From positions 58,134,788 through 58,198,787 of the forward strand of contig CM120640.1 of NCBI GenBank assembly GCA_051362555.1: a stretch of 64,000 nt of DNA, written 5' to 3'. The stretch's first letter is position 1. Each line of letters starts with the position of its first letter. The position numbers and the translations under genes were made by a program. This DNA is from Lingula anatina. Taxonomy: Eukaryota; Animalia; Brachiopoda. The notes beneath the pieces are model-generated. The model had not been told where the DNA came from and searched no databases. It saw nothing but the letters and a program-made list of their open reading frames with translations. Of this stretch, positions 1 through 15,000 are shown one piece after another.

Positions 1-92
1 GTCAACGCTATGTTTTACTGAAACTGCTTGTTTTTACTTCAATTTAAAGAAATCGTTTCTGAGTCATGCTATTTTCTGTTAATGTCTTACAG

Positions 93-3000
93 CTGCTGTA
101 CCTCCAAACACCAACTGGCAGGTGCTTAGCTCCAAACATCTTGCTCAGTCAGAAATGATGGTAACTCAGAAGAAAGTCAAGGAGGGACTGAATGCAGTGC
201 CTATAACACCACAAGAGAAAGCAGACTGCTCCATGTGGCTCAGTCCACAACAATTGCATCAAGTTGTTATTGGTAAATTGGCATTCTTCGTATTGTTAAG
301 ATTTTTAAAAATGAATTTTTACATGTATTTCCATCCAATTTGATAAGAAACGTAACAGAATTTTGATTTTCTTTTTTCTTTCATTTGTCAATGTAAATAT
401 TTGTGTGTCTATTTATTATAATAATTTTTTTTTGGGGGGGGGGGGATGAATGTCGTGATATTTTTATTTATGTCACTATATTATGTAAACATTTGCTTAT
501 TGAAATTTGCTTTTTGAAATTTTTAGGTTTTGATTTAAGTGTTAAGATTGAAACATCAATGCTACTTTACAGGTCCACCAACAATTGACTTTGAAGAAGT
601 CTGTCTTAGATCTAACAACACTAAAGACTTGAATATTGTGAACAATTTGGACCAATACATCCATGTTGTGGTGGAGGTATGTAGCATTTAGTCTTATTTT
701 CCTCCATATGTGTTAAAAACAGTGTCAAAGTAGTAATGCATGACTGTTGTTTGGACTTTTCATATTTCCTTTTATGGGCTAATGTCTTTTAATTGATGAA
801 AATGGTTGTATACATTTTCAGGCTTGCAAATTAAAAAATGGAGATGTAATGATTTTTGGGTTATGGCAGCCATTAAAGTTACATAATTCAGTAATATATT
901 ATATATATATCCTTTGTTCAGATTGACTGCCGTGAACTGCGTCAAACCAGTCCCTTGTCACAGGTGGTGCCTCCTATGTCTAGGGCTAAAGTGCCCATCA
1001 TATTTGAATCAAACACAAGGGGGAAATTCCAAAGGTAAAAATTAGTATATTTTGAAATGCATAAAATTGTATTCTTTTTGATAATTACACTGCAACAACA
1101 AAAGGTTTGATTTTGAATTTTTATTTTTAATCTAAAAGGATTATTAATCAAGGGAAATATAAGTTTAAAGCTGAAAAACACAACTGTATTTCTTTTTCCC
1201 CAGATCTGTTGACTATACCATAAATGGATTTTACAAGAATCATGTGATAGTTCTGGCTGATGTTGTGCCTGTAGCTTTACATCTGTCTACAAATGAGCTT
1301 CTCCTCACACCATCCCAAGGGCTGCCTGCTGAAGCTGGTAAGTAGTGATTCAAGGCTTTCTATTCACAACATTTGCACAGCATTGGAAGATTGATTATTA
1401 GTATTCATTTCCTATCTGTATGTTGACAGATTTAACTTTACATCTTGTATACATGTTGCATTACATGTTGGGGAAGTGGTTAAAAAAGGCTTGTAGGAAT
1501 GGATGATGAGGAGAACAGGACATCAGTATTTTTGTGAACTAATGAATAAGCTTTCATGATGTTTAGGTTTCCGTGGGATCATCACCCTGTCCAATGTCTT
1601 AAACTACCCAGCTGAGTTCACATGGCAGCCCATACTGGGGGAACTGGGCACGGCTTTCTCCATCCGTCCTGCTACAGGGACTGTGGATGCTTTTACAGAT
1701 CTGGACTGTGAGGTGGTGTTCCATCCATCCTTCATGGCTCCTGATGATGGAAAGTTTGCTCTACAAGTACACGGAGGAAATGGGCTCCATCTCAAGTGTA
1801 AAGCAGAGGTAGACTTGATGGCATGCTAGCATGGTTCATTTCTTGAGAGATTCTGCTTCAACAAAGTTACTGGTGCTATAAGTTTTCCTTCTCTGATTTG
1901 CTTTTGATATATTTTATAGAAAATGACATGGATCAGTATGTTTGTTTTGCTCAAATAAAAATCAGAATTGTGAAATATAAATAATCTGTGAAAGGAAGGA
2001 AAAGTGGAGGAAATGATGTTTCAGTAACAGGAGCAGTATAAATCCACTTAAAAGTAATATATTTTGTATCCTTTCAGTTTGGTCCTACCAATGTGCAGTT
2101 CATAGAGAGAAGAGTGTTATTTGGCCAGGTCCCTCTACATATGTCCACTGTGAGGAGAGCTTTACTACACAACAACAGCCAGCACCATGCCTACTTCCAG
2201 GTAGGTTTGTCTATCTCTGATAGAGTTTGCAAAATGTAAAGATGAATTTCACACGAACCGTTTTATAAACTAATAGTATTCATCTGTGTCATATTTACCA
2301 AACTTTTCAAGGTAGTGCACCATTATTTGACCTAGTTAAATTAACATTCCCATATCTTTCTGATGTGAAAATTTATTTTTCTTGTTTTAGGTCTTGGATC
2401 CCAACCCATTTGAAGGCATGATAATCAGCCCAGCTCATGGAGTTGTGCCTGTGGGAGGAAATGCTGAGTTGCTGATTGCCCTGATGCCACATGCTGTGAT
2501 GAAGTTTGACACCAAGATTCAAGTGGCCATAAGGGGCTGGAAGACGCTGGAACTCAGGATGGGGGGAACAGTGGAGCCACCTTGCGTGGATATTGACATG
2601 GTTGGTTGATATCTTATTATTGTGACAGTCAAATAGTGTATGTTAAATTTGGAAGACATGTGAAACATTCAAATGAGCGCTTGTAATTTTAAAAATCTTT
2701 TAAAATTAAAATTCTTTATTCAAATTTTCAGAGTTCTTTCAATCTTGGAGGGGTATATGTGGGATCATCATCTGTGACAAATTTCAAAGTGAAAAACAAG
2801 GTGAGTTTTGACTAAGGTATTTTCTAATCACAGTTATGCACCTTCAGAAATGTTGTTTTTTGTATTTTTGAGCCCAATCTAATAATAGTGAAAATAAAAA
2901 GTTTGTATAACCCAAAGCATATTACAATTTTGCAGACACACACAGAGGCCAAGGTTGAATTTGATTTGTCAAGATACACTGACTTCAAGCTCAGGTTTCC

Positions 3001-6000
3001 TAACAATCAAACACCAGGTAGGACAATATTTTCTGTAACAGTTGCAAAAATATAATCTGTTCATAAAATGGAATTATGATAATAGTAAGTAAAAAAACAA
3101 ATTATTATATTTGTTTTTAACTGTATCATGCTATCATTCTGATAGATACATCAAAACTTATGGATCAAATAGGAATGCCAAATTTACTTACTATTACAAA
3201 TGGTGTTATTTGATAAATGTTTAATGATAGCTACCATTTGATATGGAAAATTAAATCTTATGATTTTCTCGTTGTCTAACAGAGGACCTGACCTTTGAAC
3301 TCCTAAACCCTGGCATGCACACTGTGACCCTGGCTGGACAGGAGGAAGTGGAAGCTGAACTTATCTTTACACCCACAGAGGTAAGCACAGCCTGAATTAC
3401 TATATTGTCTTCCATATGTTGGATACACAGTGCTTGGAGACAGCTATATGCACATTTTCTTGATTTTTGAAATTTTCAAGAAGTATATAAACTGTTTTTG
3501 AAATATAAATGTGTGTAGCAAACTATAAACCAACAAAGAGCTATTTCTTGCTACTGAACCTGTTTTATTATATTAATAACTCTTGTTATGTTTCTCAGGT
3601 GGCTTCATATGATTTCATCATCCCAGTGGTTGTGAATGCTACAGGGGCACCTTCCCCTGCACCGACACCATTCCCTCCAACCCCAGCACCATCTGCCAAG
3701 AATACCATAGAACACATCATCAACCCCAAACCAATTCATGTCACCATAGCAACACCAAGGCGTAAAGTGGTCGCTACAGCGCTGAGGCAGCCATTTCAGA
3801 TATCTCACAGTAAACTGGAGTTTACTTTCCCAAATGGGTTCACTGACCAGGCATCGGGCTCTGGATTAGGACAGAACAAGGTCAGTTTATGGTAACCAAG
3901 GGGCACATTCAGAAATATAGTGGGTGGCTGTTTTTAATATTAGGGATAAAACATGGAGTAATAGTATTCATTTCTTCATTGTGTCATGCAAAATATGTGT
4001 TATTATATCATATTTCTCTTCTCTTTTTTAGGGCACTCTGTTCATAAACAACAGTGATAAAACTCTTAAATGGACAGTTGATGTTTCCTGCGATACAAAC
4101 CGAATACTTGATAGAGGTATATTCAAGTTCCTGCACAGCAGTGGCATGCCATACCTCAACTACCAGGACAACAATCTCATTGAAGGAACTCTGGAACCAG
4201 GACAGACACAGTCACTGGGAGTGCTCTTCTGCCCAAGTAAGGGATTGGATTGCTAAACCCTCAATAATGCTGTAAAAAAAGAAGAAGAATAGATTATGGT
4301 AAAAGTAATGTGATATCAATTATTCACTTCTTTCTTTTTATGATCCAATTAGTCTTGGATCTGTCAAAGACACCTGTAAGCAAGAAAAACTGTTTGTTTT
4401 TAAACATAAAATAGACCTTAATGTGCTTTTTCTTCTTTTTGCTCTTCTTCAGATAAAGCAGGAAAGTATGAAATCCAAGTCCCAATCATTATAAATGATG
4501 AGGAGAAACCATATAGTTTTCTGGAGTTGTCAGGAGAGCTCAAGTCTCCCAGAGTGTGGTTTGACCCCTTGGCCCTGGTACTGACCCCTGTACCACTGAC
4601 CACTGATGTGTCAGCTGAATTTAAAATCTTTGCCACTGATTACAACAGGTGAGTAGATTTACTGTGAATTAAGAATTTTTTTTTGCATTTATGCAACAGG
4701 TGTTATCTGTTGATATACTTGGTTGCATGTATTAACATGACTGATAAGCTTATTTATTATACAATCACATGTTTGAGTTATGCCAGATTGGATAGATTGT
4801 CTTAAACCGGTAGCATCTGTGTACTTTTGTAATATGCAGTTATGCATTGTTATTACCCTGTCAGTGGAATTCAAAATTGTAATCAAATCTTCTTGTAGAA
4901 AAACAGTCCTGGATGTGGAACTACCTGAGGTTGAATGTGAAGATGGCAGCAGGATTTCTCCTCTCACTGTGATATTTAAAGATGGACAAGGTAATTTTTC
5001 CTGAAGTAAAACTGCTTAGGATATTGCATTGTAAGTTAATACTGCCTTCTTTTCATTTTATTGATGATGGATAAGAATAATCACAGTAATAAAGTTAAAC
5101 AGTGAATCAATCATGCTTTGAAAATCTTGATACAAAAAAGGCACAAACAATAGAGTTTTATTGTATTTGTTTATCATAGAACTCCTACCAGTGAGCACAG
5201 CAGAGAAAGCAGATGCAGAACCATTTGAGTTGAACTGTAAAGTGGTCTTCTCAAGTCCAAAGCCCATTTCATTTACTGCAGACCTAAAGTTTGTTGACTC
5301 TGAAGGAAATAGGTTAGTCCCGTAATCAGCATTCATAAATGACTGGCATGAAGTAAGGTGCATGTCTGCCACTTTTATTGGTTGTTGTATACTAGTAATT
5401 ACTATGTGAACTAGCTGTATATTTTCATGTTACATCATCAGTGGCTAATATATATCAGAGGTGGATCCAGAGATATTTTCTGACACTCTTCCATATTATC
5501 TTTGCTGATCCATCCTCCATTTTTGACCACCTTCTGATCATACAGAAAAAAGGCCATCATTTTAGACCATAAGTTGTTTCATTTTTGTAGACTTCTACGT
5601 ATATACCCAAGCCCAAAATAGACAAAGTTTTTATGCTATGGCCAACCATTTTTAAAGTGGCCTCTTCATTATTTTGGCTCTTTCAGTACACTTCTTATGC
5701 GCATTTGTTTCAGCTTTGGCCTTCCAGTGACAGCTACAGCAGACAACAGTCTGTTTACAGCTTACCCCTTCCTAGCATCTCACAGGTCTGACCACCTGAT
5801 TGTCTGTGAACAGGTAAGAGATACACTGTGAGAAAATTGAGAAATTTTTTTGAGAAAATTGTTAGTAATACTAGCTTTTTTTTTCAATGTTTTGTTGTTG
5901 ATATACTAGGATTTTTAACTTTTGCACAGGGCTTGTTTATTTTTGAGCACCACAATGTCATCTTGATAAGGTGTTGTGCAACTAATTACTCAGTGTTGTT

Positions 6001-9000
6001 ATATTTTTAATAACTTGTTTATCGGTGACCACTTAGTACTGCTATGTGTTAATTGTAAATTTGCATTTTAAATGGTGTTTACATTTTGGTGTTAAAAGAT
6101 TACAGGGCATAAATTGCATGCAGAAAATGGACATCTCATTGCTTAAAATGTATTGCTTCTATAATATTATCTTAGAGAAATGATAGGAAAGTCATTTTAT
6201 AGTTTGTCAAAAGCATAATAATTTTTCCAGTGTGCAGTGTGATTGAAATATGAAACACCGCTGCTCTGCGTGTGCAAGTAATGCCATGTAATCTCACAGT
6301 CCTTACATTTTATATTCATACTAAACTGCACATAAAACTGGTTGATGTATAATGTAGCATTAACAAACCACAAGCTTTAATTAATGTGATGTTTTAGGGA
6401 AGGCATATGCTTCTGCCACGTAAACGTTTGATGAAGGTAGGTGGAGTGGGATTCCAGTTAGCCATGCCACAATTGGTGCATATTATTTTACTAATTTTAC
6501 ATATTTATTTTATGATATTAACCTTTATGTGTACTCTTTCAGCTTTTGGTTTCTTTACCTAAATTGTTTTCTTTTTGTGTCTTGTTTTATTTCTCTTGAA
6601 TTTAATCTTTCAGGCTTTTGAGTAAACCTCATCATATCTATTCTTTTTTATCTCAATATTAGGACTGACTTATTTTCTACTGAACTATTTGTAAGGGGCA
6701 GGATCATTTGATACCTGCTTTTTATTTACACCTTTCATTAAAATTTGCAGCTCTAAGATCTGGCTGTCTCTTGTGTGTTTGAGAACCTGCTATTTTTGGC
6801 TACATAGTAAAACCATCTAATTAAAAATTCAACTGATAAATTGTCTTGTTTGGTATATAGCACTATGGTCCATGATTTAAACTGCTGTGCTTAAGAAAAG
6901 ATGTCTTAATATACTTGATCATTAAATGATTGTGTAATTCTAAAACATTTATCTGTATATTACTTTTATTTCACTGTTATTGAATCATTGATCTTCTTAA
7001 CTAAATATGTTTATTCTATTGTTCCAGGGCACTATACTTAAAGGTCAGAAAACTGAGTCTAAGGAGAGCTTGAATGTAGGAGAGGCAGTGTTTGTGCCAG
7101 TCAGCACTCCCCACACTGCCAGCAGACCCAGCACTAGTGCCACTAGCTCCAACTTTGAGGTGTCCTCTTCCAGTTATGAGGATTCTACACAGTCACTAAC
7201 AGGTTAATACACAAAATATTTCCAACTAAGCCTATGTCTTAATCTCAGATGTGACAATATACAAGTGTTGCTGAGATCTTTAGAGGTCAGTTGTTTCGGT
7301 TGTCTTGCAAATGTTTTATCTTTTAATTTTTGCAGAAACCAACGAAGGTGCCAGTTCCCCAAGAGAGGGCGCTATGGTCAAGTTGGCATCAGACTCCAGT
7401 CGCCATAGCAAAGGACGTGGCATTGCTTCCAGGTCTCTAGGATCAGCCATGTTCCCTGATGAAGATACTGAGGAAGGATTATTTTACTCTGAAGTATTGT
7501 TAGCTGTACAGAGATGGTTCTCATCACAGGGATGGCCTGGGGGACCATATCCTATTGTCATTCCATACTCTTTGAGAGCGTGAGTTTCTTTATCAGGATA
7601 TTTTTAAAAGGAAGTGTACTAATTGCATGTGGTTGATGAATATAACTGAAATTCCTTTCTTATTTATGTTTCCTAGTCAATAAAGCCATTATAAACCAAT
7701 TTGTATTATATTGCAGGCCCGTAGCCAGCAATTTCAAAAGGGGGGTTCTTTTTCTGAAAAAGTGGACCTTTTCCCACAAAAACTTCCTGTACCTAGATCA
7801 AATTTTACCCAGAGTGGACCTTTTCCCAGCAAAAGGGGCAGTTCTTTCGAACCCCCCGAACCCCCCCCCCCCCCCTGGCTACGGGCCTGTATTAGGATAC
7901 AGTTAGTTGGGACTTTTTTTTTCTTCAGTCATGGTTAAGAGCTGCATAGCTGCATATTTTATGCAGTTCAATAATGAAATATGCAATTGATTATAAACAT
8001 GTGTAAATTACTTTGTTTCCAGTGGTGTTGCCAAGAACCAGAAAGACACTGGTGGTAACAGGAAAGGTGCTGGTAGTTGGGATGCACAGAACCTGAGGAA
8101 GGAAATCAAGACAATCTATGACATGATAGGACACCTGGCTGGGCGTCCTGTCCCTGGTATTCCCATCAATGCCCCTCTGCCCTCTGACCCCACAGAGAGA
8201 GCACTGCAAGTACACTGGCAGCATTCAACACTCCTCACATTCCTCAAGTAAGCTTTACATGTATGGTTCTGGTAGAGCACTTTTTATGGCTTGTTGATTC
8301 ATTGTTTAGATGTTTTGCTTATTTCTATTTTGTATTTCAAGAGAGTAGCTTTCTTATAGACTAATTTCCAACTTTAGACGTTGCATTTCAAATTATTGAG
8401 TTTGCTATGTTTTCATTACCAAATCTTAACAAAAGGATGTAACATTGGTAGTTATACATCAATGAAAAGCAAATTTTATGGAAGAAGGTAGTTTTTACAA
8501 CTTAATTTTAAATGTGTGGTTTCCTTGCAGGAGCCAGGGCGCTAGTGTGGCCTCAATCAAGCCTGAGTACCTGATGACCCCTGGGGACTACAAGCACTGG
8601 ATCCAAGTACAGAAACAGATGAAAGCTCAGGAGATGTCTGGACAGGATGAAGACCAGATAAATTCAGGTCCCAGGACAGAAAATGAAGAAATGCTGGAGG
8701 ACCAGCTGTTTGAAGCTGTGTCCAAGAGAGCTTGGACTGATTTGATGCTGCAACTGCTCAAGGTACTTTATAAATGCCTTCTTCAAATAGGTGCATCATA
8801 TACATCCTATGTGCAGACAGACATGATGCAGACTGCTAAATGATGACAGAAAAATTTTTAGCAATAATTTTTTAACATTTATCAAGGTTTGAAAATCAGT
8901 GTCCTGTTTATATATTTCAGACCCTTGTACTGTCACGGATCACCCCACGTCAGTTCCGCACCATGCAGGCACCAGACAAGCACCATGCCTTGCCGACTGT

Positions 9001-12000
9001 GAACCCAGACCCTCTATCCAGCAATGTGTACTGTGTGGGAGAGAGGATTGTACTGGCATGGTTGAACCACTGCTATGAGCAGTATAGGCACCATATCTGG
9101 GATGGTTCACCAAAAGGTGGGTGTGATCAGGAATTATGCAGAAGGATAGATTAAAAATGTAATTATGTGTCAATATACTATTGTGTGTGTTTGCAGACTG
9201 ACAGACGGATATTTCCATTGATTATAGTGATAGTGTAGGTACTCGTTGTTAGATGTGAAGATTAGACATTTTTTAAATTATCTTTATGAATGTCTTTCTC
9301 TACAGGTGGAGTTCCACCATCTAGATGGATTGTCAACTTTGACTTTGACTTGCTAGATGGCCTTGTCCTTGGAGCATGTCTGGGAGCATATGTACCCTTT
9401 TTGGTAAGATACTATAGATACTATATCAGCAATATTCTGTCAGTGGAGATACTTTTTAATAACAATTTTTTAGAGATTTAACTGATGAAAGTTTGGTTTA
9501 TCTTAATAAATTACCCTAGTCAGAACATTTATAATGAATGAGATCTTCAAGCCAAATATTACATGAATAAGAAAGTGATACATTTACAATTATAAAATCC
9601 AAGAAAAACAAATTACTTTTAGGAGACTGCATATTATTTATGGTTTACATATATATTTAGATCAAGACCCACCTGCAAGGGATGTACAGCTGTCCTACTA
9701 CAGCAGAACAGTGTCTACACAATGCTCTCAAAGTGGTCAATGCCATCAAGTACATTGGACTGGACTATGACATACAAGTAAGAGGTTTTATTTCATGATA
9801 CAGTATGGGTAATCATATTGCCTCACTTACTGACTTTACAAGATAAATGTTAATTTTTTTTTCAAGAATTCAAGATGGCCAAGGAGATCTACTCAAATTG
9901 CCCTCAAAATTGTTTTTATGAAAATAATGCACATTGTGCTGACATATATTCTTTTTTTGTCAATTAAAATGAATTTTGCGTACATTAGATTTTTATTTAA
10001 TTTCATTTTAGGCCATTGATATCACAGATCCCAATCCTATCAATTTGTTGCTGCTGTGTATACATTTGTACCAGAAGCTGCCTCACTATCTGCCAAAGAG
10101 CAGCATTGAATTCACTGGAAGTCTGCACTCCACAGTCATGAGACAGGTAGGTGGGCAAACTTGCAAAATCAACCTACCTGTACACATTTTTTTCAGTGGT
10201 AAATACCATTTAGATCATTCCATTCTATTTGGATCATTCACTTAAAATCTTTTTATGTTTGAATTTGAAAATCATTTGTTACAAGCAAATCACTCATGTC
10301 ACATTGTCAGTCAGTTATTTGCCCCCTTTCATACAGATCCGGTTGAGCAACCCCAGTGCCAAGCCTCTGACATACCAGTGCTTAATGGCTGGGAGGGATG
10401 CCAGAGACTTCAACATTCCCAAGGGAGATGTGGTCACCATTCCACCCAAGAGTAACCTAAGCTTGGCCATCAACTTCACCAGCCGCTTTTTAAGACCCAC
10501 AGAAGCTATGTTGGTACTGGTGGGGAGGAGAGCAGGGTCATCTGTTGGTTCCACACTGGTCTTCAACTTACAGACACAGGTCAACAATATTTCACCAAAG
10601 GTAAGATTTCAACTTATCTGGTTCTTTTAGCTGTATAATTTACAGTTTTTTTTTTTTTTGGGGGGGGGGGGGGGGGTCATAGTATGTAAAATAGGCTCTT
10701 AGTTAATTATTATAATGCAAACCTTGCCCCTTTTCTTAATCAAAAATATATAGTGACCTGTTAAACACAGGCTCTGTCTGCCTGGAAATGTAACTTTGTG
10801 TGTTTTTTATATGAAAAAAAACAAAAAAAATTCTCTTAATTCTCTTAATGATGCATGATGCTCTTTTGTTGAGACTTTAGCCCATTTTCATTTCAGTCGA
10901 CTTTGAAGTGCTCTTCCAACTGCTACGAGCTACATAAGATCACCTTAAAAGTCACCAACCCATTTAATGAAGCAGGAGAATTCAGAGTTGTCCTAGTTGA
11001 AGCTAAGGGAGACATCCTAGGCCAGGACAAACACAGGGAGCTGATGAAACCAAAAAAGAAGAAGGTCAAGAAAATCAAGTCCAGGACAGATCATGGGCAG
11101 ACTCGTCCAGAGACTCCGCCTACTCCAGAAGAAGAGGAGCCAGAGCCAGTACCTGTGAAAGAAGAGACAAAGGAAAATGGTATGACCAGAGTAGTGATCT
11201 TGTTTTGAGATTATTTAAATTGTACTATTATATATATTCTGAACTGCATTGTTCTGAACTGCACTTATGCCAAAATGGAAAGAGAGCCCACAAGACAGTG
11301 TTTTAGAAAATAGTTAATTATTATAAAAAGATAATTATATATTTAAGAAATATGATGTTGACAATATTTTTATCATTATTGTAAAAGTAGGATTTCATAA
11401 GTTGATTCAGAAATTAATACAGGTCATGTTAACATTCACTTTTCAATTATACAGTGGATCCAGTCACTATGATGAGTGCCTACTACTCTCCATATCCCAC
11501 TATCTTCTTGGGTTCTAAAAGCACAGGAGAAGTGGAGCTGCATTTCCTCCCCTTCCACACTGGAGTACGGCAGTGCTCTGTCATCTTTATCAATGAGAAC
11601 ATTGGAGAGTTTTTATACTCTGTTGAGGCTGAGGCAGAGCTACCATTACCTTCTTCATTGCCATTCAAGCCATCTCTTCACAGTGTGCGCATAAGTAGTG
11701 CAGCTGCAGCAGGTAAAAAAAACACTGATTTCCTGTTAATTAATGAGGCATATTCCACTACATTCAAATCATTCCTGTTTGCAATACTTTAATACCTCCT
11801 GAATAGGAAAAAATGTTCCATTAAACCACATTTCTACTTGTTTATCCTCATCATGATCATCATTTTGTTGTACATGTTAAAATTGCCACTCAAAATCAAA
11901 TATATCTTATGCTCAGGCCGAGGACGTGGTATGTTTGGTGGTGATGATGATGTGATCTACTGGAAGTGTGAAGCCAACCAATCTCTCACTGAAACAATCT

Positions 12001-15000
12001 CTGTACCAGTCACTAATGCTGCTAGAGAAAAGGCACTGGTCATTGCTGGACAACAGGTAAGTTACTGCAACATTAGATACATCAGGATTTAATGCCAGGT
12101 GCATTTTAATGGCTTTCAAAAAAGGATTAAGAGGAACAATAGGCATAAGTATGTAAAATCTTGAAAACCAGATTTAAAGATTAGTCTAAGACTGGAGTAT
12201 TGCTAAAATATTAATCTAAAAGTGGGGATTAATATGACTAGGTTGTATTTTCCACAGGTTTTGTTATCATGAATATTATCATCAGTCAAATGTTCAAAAG
12301 GGAAAAATTACATATTTTTAGCACATGTCGGAGCTTGAGATTCAGAGAAGAAAGACTACTGGTACACTGGCCACTGGTACAGTGACAGCACGGGCATTTG
12401 ACCTTCTGTCCACCTCTGGGGTACCTGCTGTCAGACACCCTCCGGTAAGATAATATATTCTTTGAAAATATCATTCTTTAAATCTGTGCCTGTATTTCAG
12501 TAGCCTTATTACTAGAGTACAAGTCATTGTCAGATTTTGCTGACTATAATTGTTTAAAATTTTTTAGCATCTTTTGAGCACCTACCTACTTAGCCTTTGT
12601 CTTCATAAACTGCCAGTTCTGTTGAACAAACACATATTTGATCAACATGGAATTTTCTTTCATTGAATCGTCATTTATTGTCAAATGAATTTTCCAGCCA
12701 CAAAGTCCTGAAGGTACAGTATTCACAGTGGAGATAGACTCCCCTTACTTTGCTGCTCCAGCCACACTAACCCTGCCAAACCCATTGTATCGTAAAGCAA
12801 GGACAGCCATGGATGACCCTACCAAGGCACCTCGCAACACAGGCAGGTCACCAGCAGGTTTACATGGAAAGACTGGTAAGGATAGATAATGAAGTTGTAC
12901 AATAATATCTGTGCTTTTAATTTAGGCTTCTATCTGAATGCTGTTACTTGTGCTTTATTGAAGATGAAAATATATTAAGATTCAAACTAATTGCATTTTA
13001 GATGATCTTTAAATAGTAGATTTTATGTGAATAAATCATATTTGAAATATCTGAAAAAAACTTTTGGTTGAACTTAATAGCCTTGGAACATCAATATATT
13101 TTCAATATTGTTCTTTTTCAAATTTTTGTCTCCTGCTTTCCTTTTCCAATAGGGGTTGTCCTGGATGAAGGCAGCGTGGAGCTCCCTATTACCTTTGCTC
13201 CCTCCTCCCCTGGTCACTACCCATGCCGTGTGGTCCTCAAGTCTCAGGATGATATCAGAGTGTATAGAATAGAATGCACAGTGAACCCAGAGGGCAGCAA
13301 TGCAGAGCTAGAGTTCACAGCACCAGTGCACCAGTCCATTATGCAGGACATTCCTATCGTAAGTTTGCAGAAAGTGATATTTACTTTTGACCTATACTTA
13401 TACAAACACAACAATGTATGTACCTATACTAAACAACTATGTATGTGGTTTTCCGGGCTTTTTAACACTTTGTCAGAAATGTTCCAAGTATCATTTATTC
13501 AATAAATGATTTTTACATAGAAATCAGAATCAATACACTTTAAATTTCTTGATCATAGTTAATGTTTCTGCAGTATATTGATAATATTTAGATGTGATTT
13601 ACAGAACTATTTTATTTTCCAGATCAACCAGACCCATCATGACTGGCCCCTAGAGGCCAATATAGATGGGATGGGGTTCTGTGGGCCACCCACACTGCTG
13701 GCCAAGGCCTGCCAGACCTCATATTACCCACTCATGTTCAGACCACAATATGAATCAGAGGTGGAGGTATGTATGTGTGGTCAGTTATGATGTATTAGTA
13801 TCTGTGCTACTCATTTCAATTACCCTTTAGATTCTGAACAAAGTTAATAAATTAATCCACACTGATATTTATTGTACCACCAGCGTTAGCGCTGGCGGTA
13901 CACATGGTTTCGGTCCCGTCCGGATCGTTCCGCCGGCTCCGCCGGCTCCGCCGGCTCCGTTGGCTCCGCCGGACGGCTACCGTTACCGCTTCTCCTCCTA
14001 GACGGTAAGGGCCCCCGTACCCATCTCATGGATTTAGGTCACCTATAATCTCAACTCGTTCCACGTAAAATTTGGGCTTTGTCGGTATTGGGGTCTGGGT
14101 GTGGCACTCATTGCAATGCACCCTTGTCTAAAAATGGCAAAATTAAATGCTAATTATCTACCCTACGGAAGGAGTTATGGGAAAAATTTCTATAGACGGC
14201 TTTCCAAAAGTCATATGTGTAGATTTCAAATATACCCTTGGATTTGACCTTTGACCTTTACTTCAAGGTCAAATGGGCCAAAATTTTCAAAAAAATGAAA
14301 TTTTTTACGAAAAAAATTTTTTTTGCCCTGTTATTCAGACACCACACAGACTTAACCAGTAATATTATTGAAAGGTGTTACCCTTCAGGTCATCTTTCAT
14401 CTCCATGAATTTGGGGTCAATCGGTGCATTTTCACGGGAGTAGCGGCCATAAGATACCGAAACTGAAAACTGTCTCTAATTCGGGAACCGTTAATGCTAG
14501 AGACCCATTCTTTTTTGCATTTTGTAGAGCATGTAAAGCCCAACACTGGAGGTGATCTCGGTTTTTTTGTATTCCATACGGTTTTCGAGTTACGCTGTAT
14601 CAAAAAGTACATATTGGTGGTAAAAGCAAAATGTGCAGTACGGTAATGGATAATAAATTTTGAACTCTGGAAAAATAAAACATAAGGCTTGGCAAAGCAG
14701 ACAACTTGTGTTCAAAAATGACATTATTTCATCAAATTTGAACTTCTGAAACTTCAGAGCACCTCCTATTTCAAGAATTTTGACCAAAATGACATTTTCT
14801 TTATTTTAATTAATTTTTTTCTGTACGAAATTTAAGGCACATTATGGTTACTCCAAAATTATAACATTTAGTCCCTTATATCTCCAAAACTGGCAGAGAT
14901 AGGTCCATAGTTACTATTGAAGTTGAATAGGAAGTCATATACTGGCAATCTTACTATGACCTTGAAAGTGACCTTTGACCTACTTTTCACCATGAACTGA

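Noticed and set aside
5456-5520. CAGAGGTGGATCCAG...GATCCATCCTC possible MITE remnant
   Set aside because: Too short and degenerate to define ends or a TSD.
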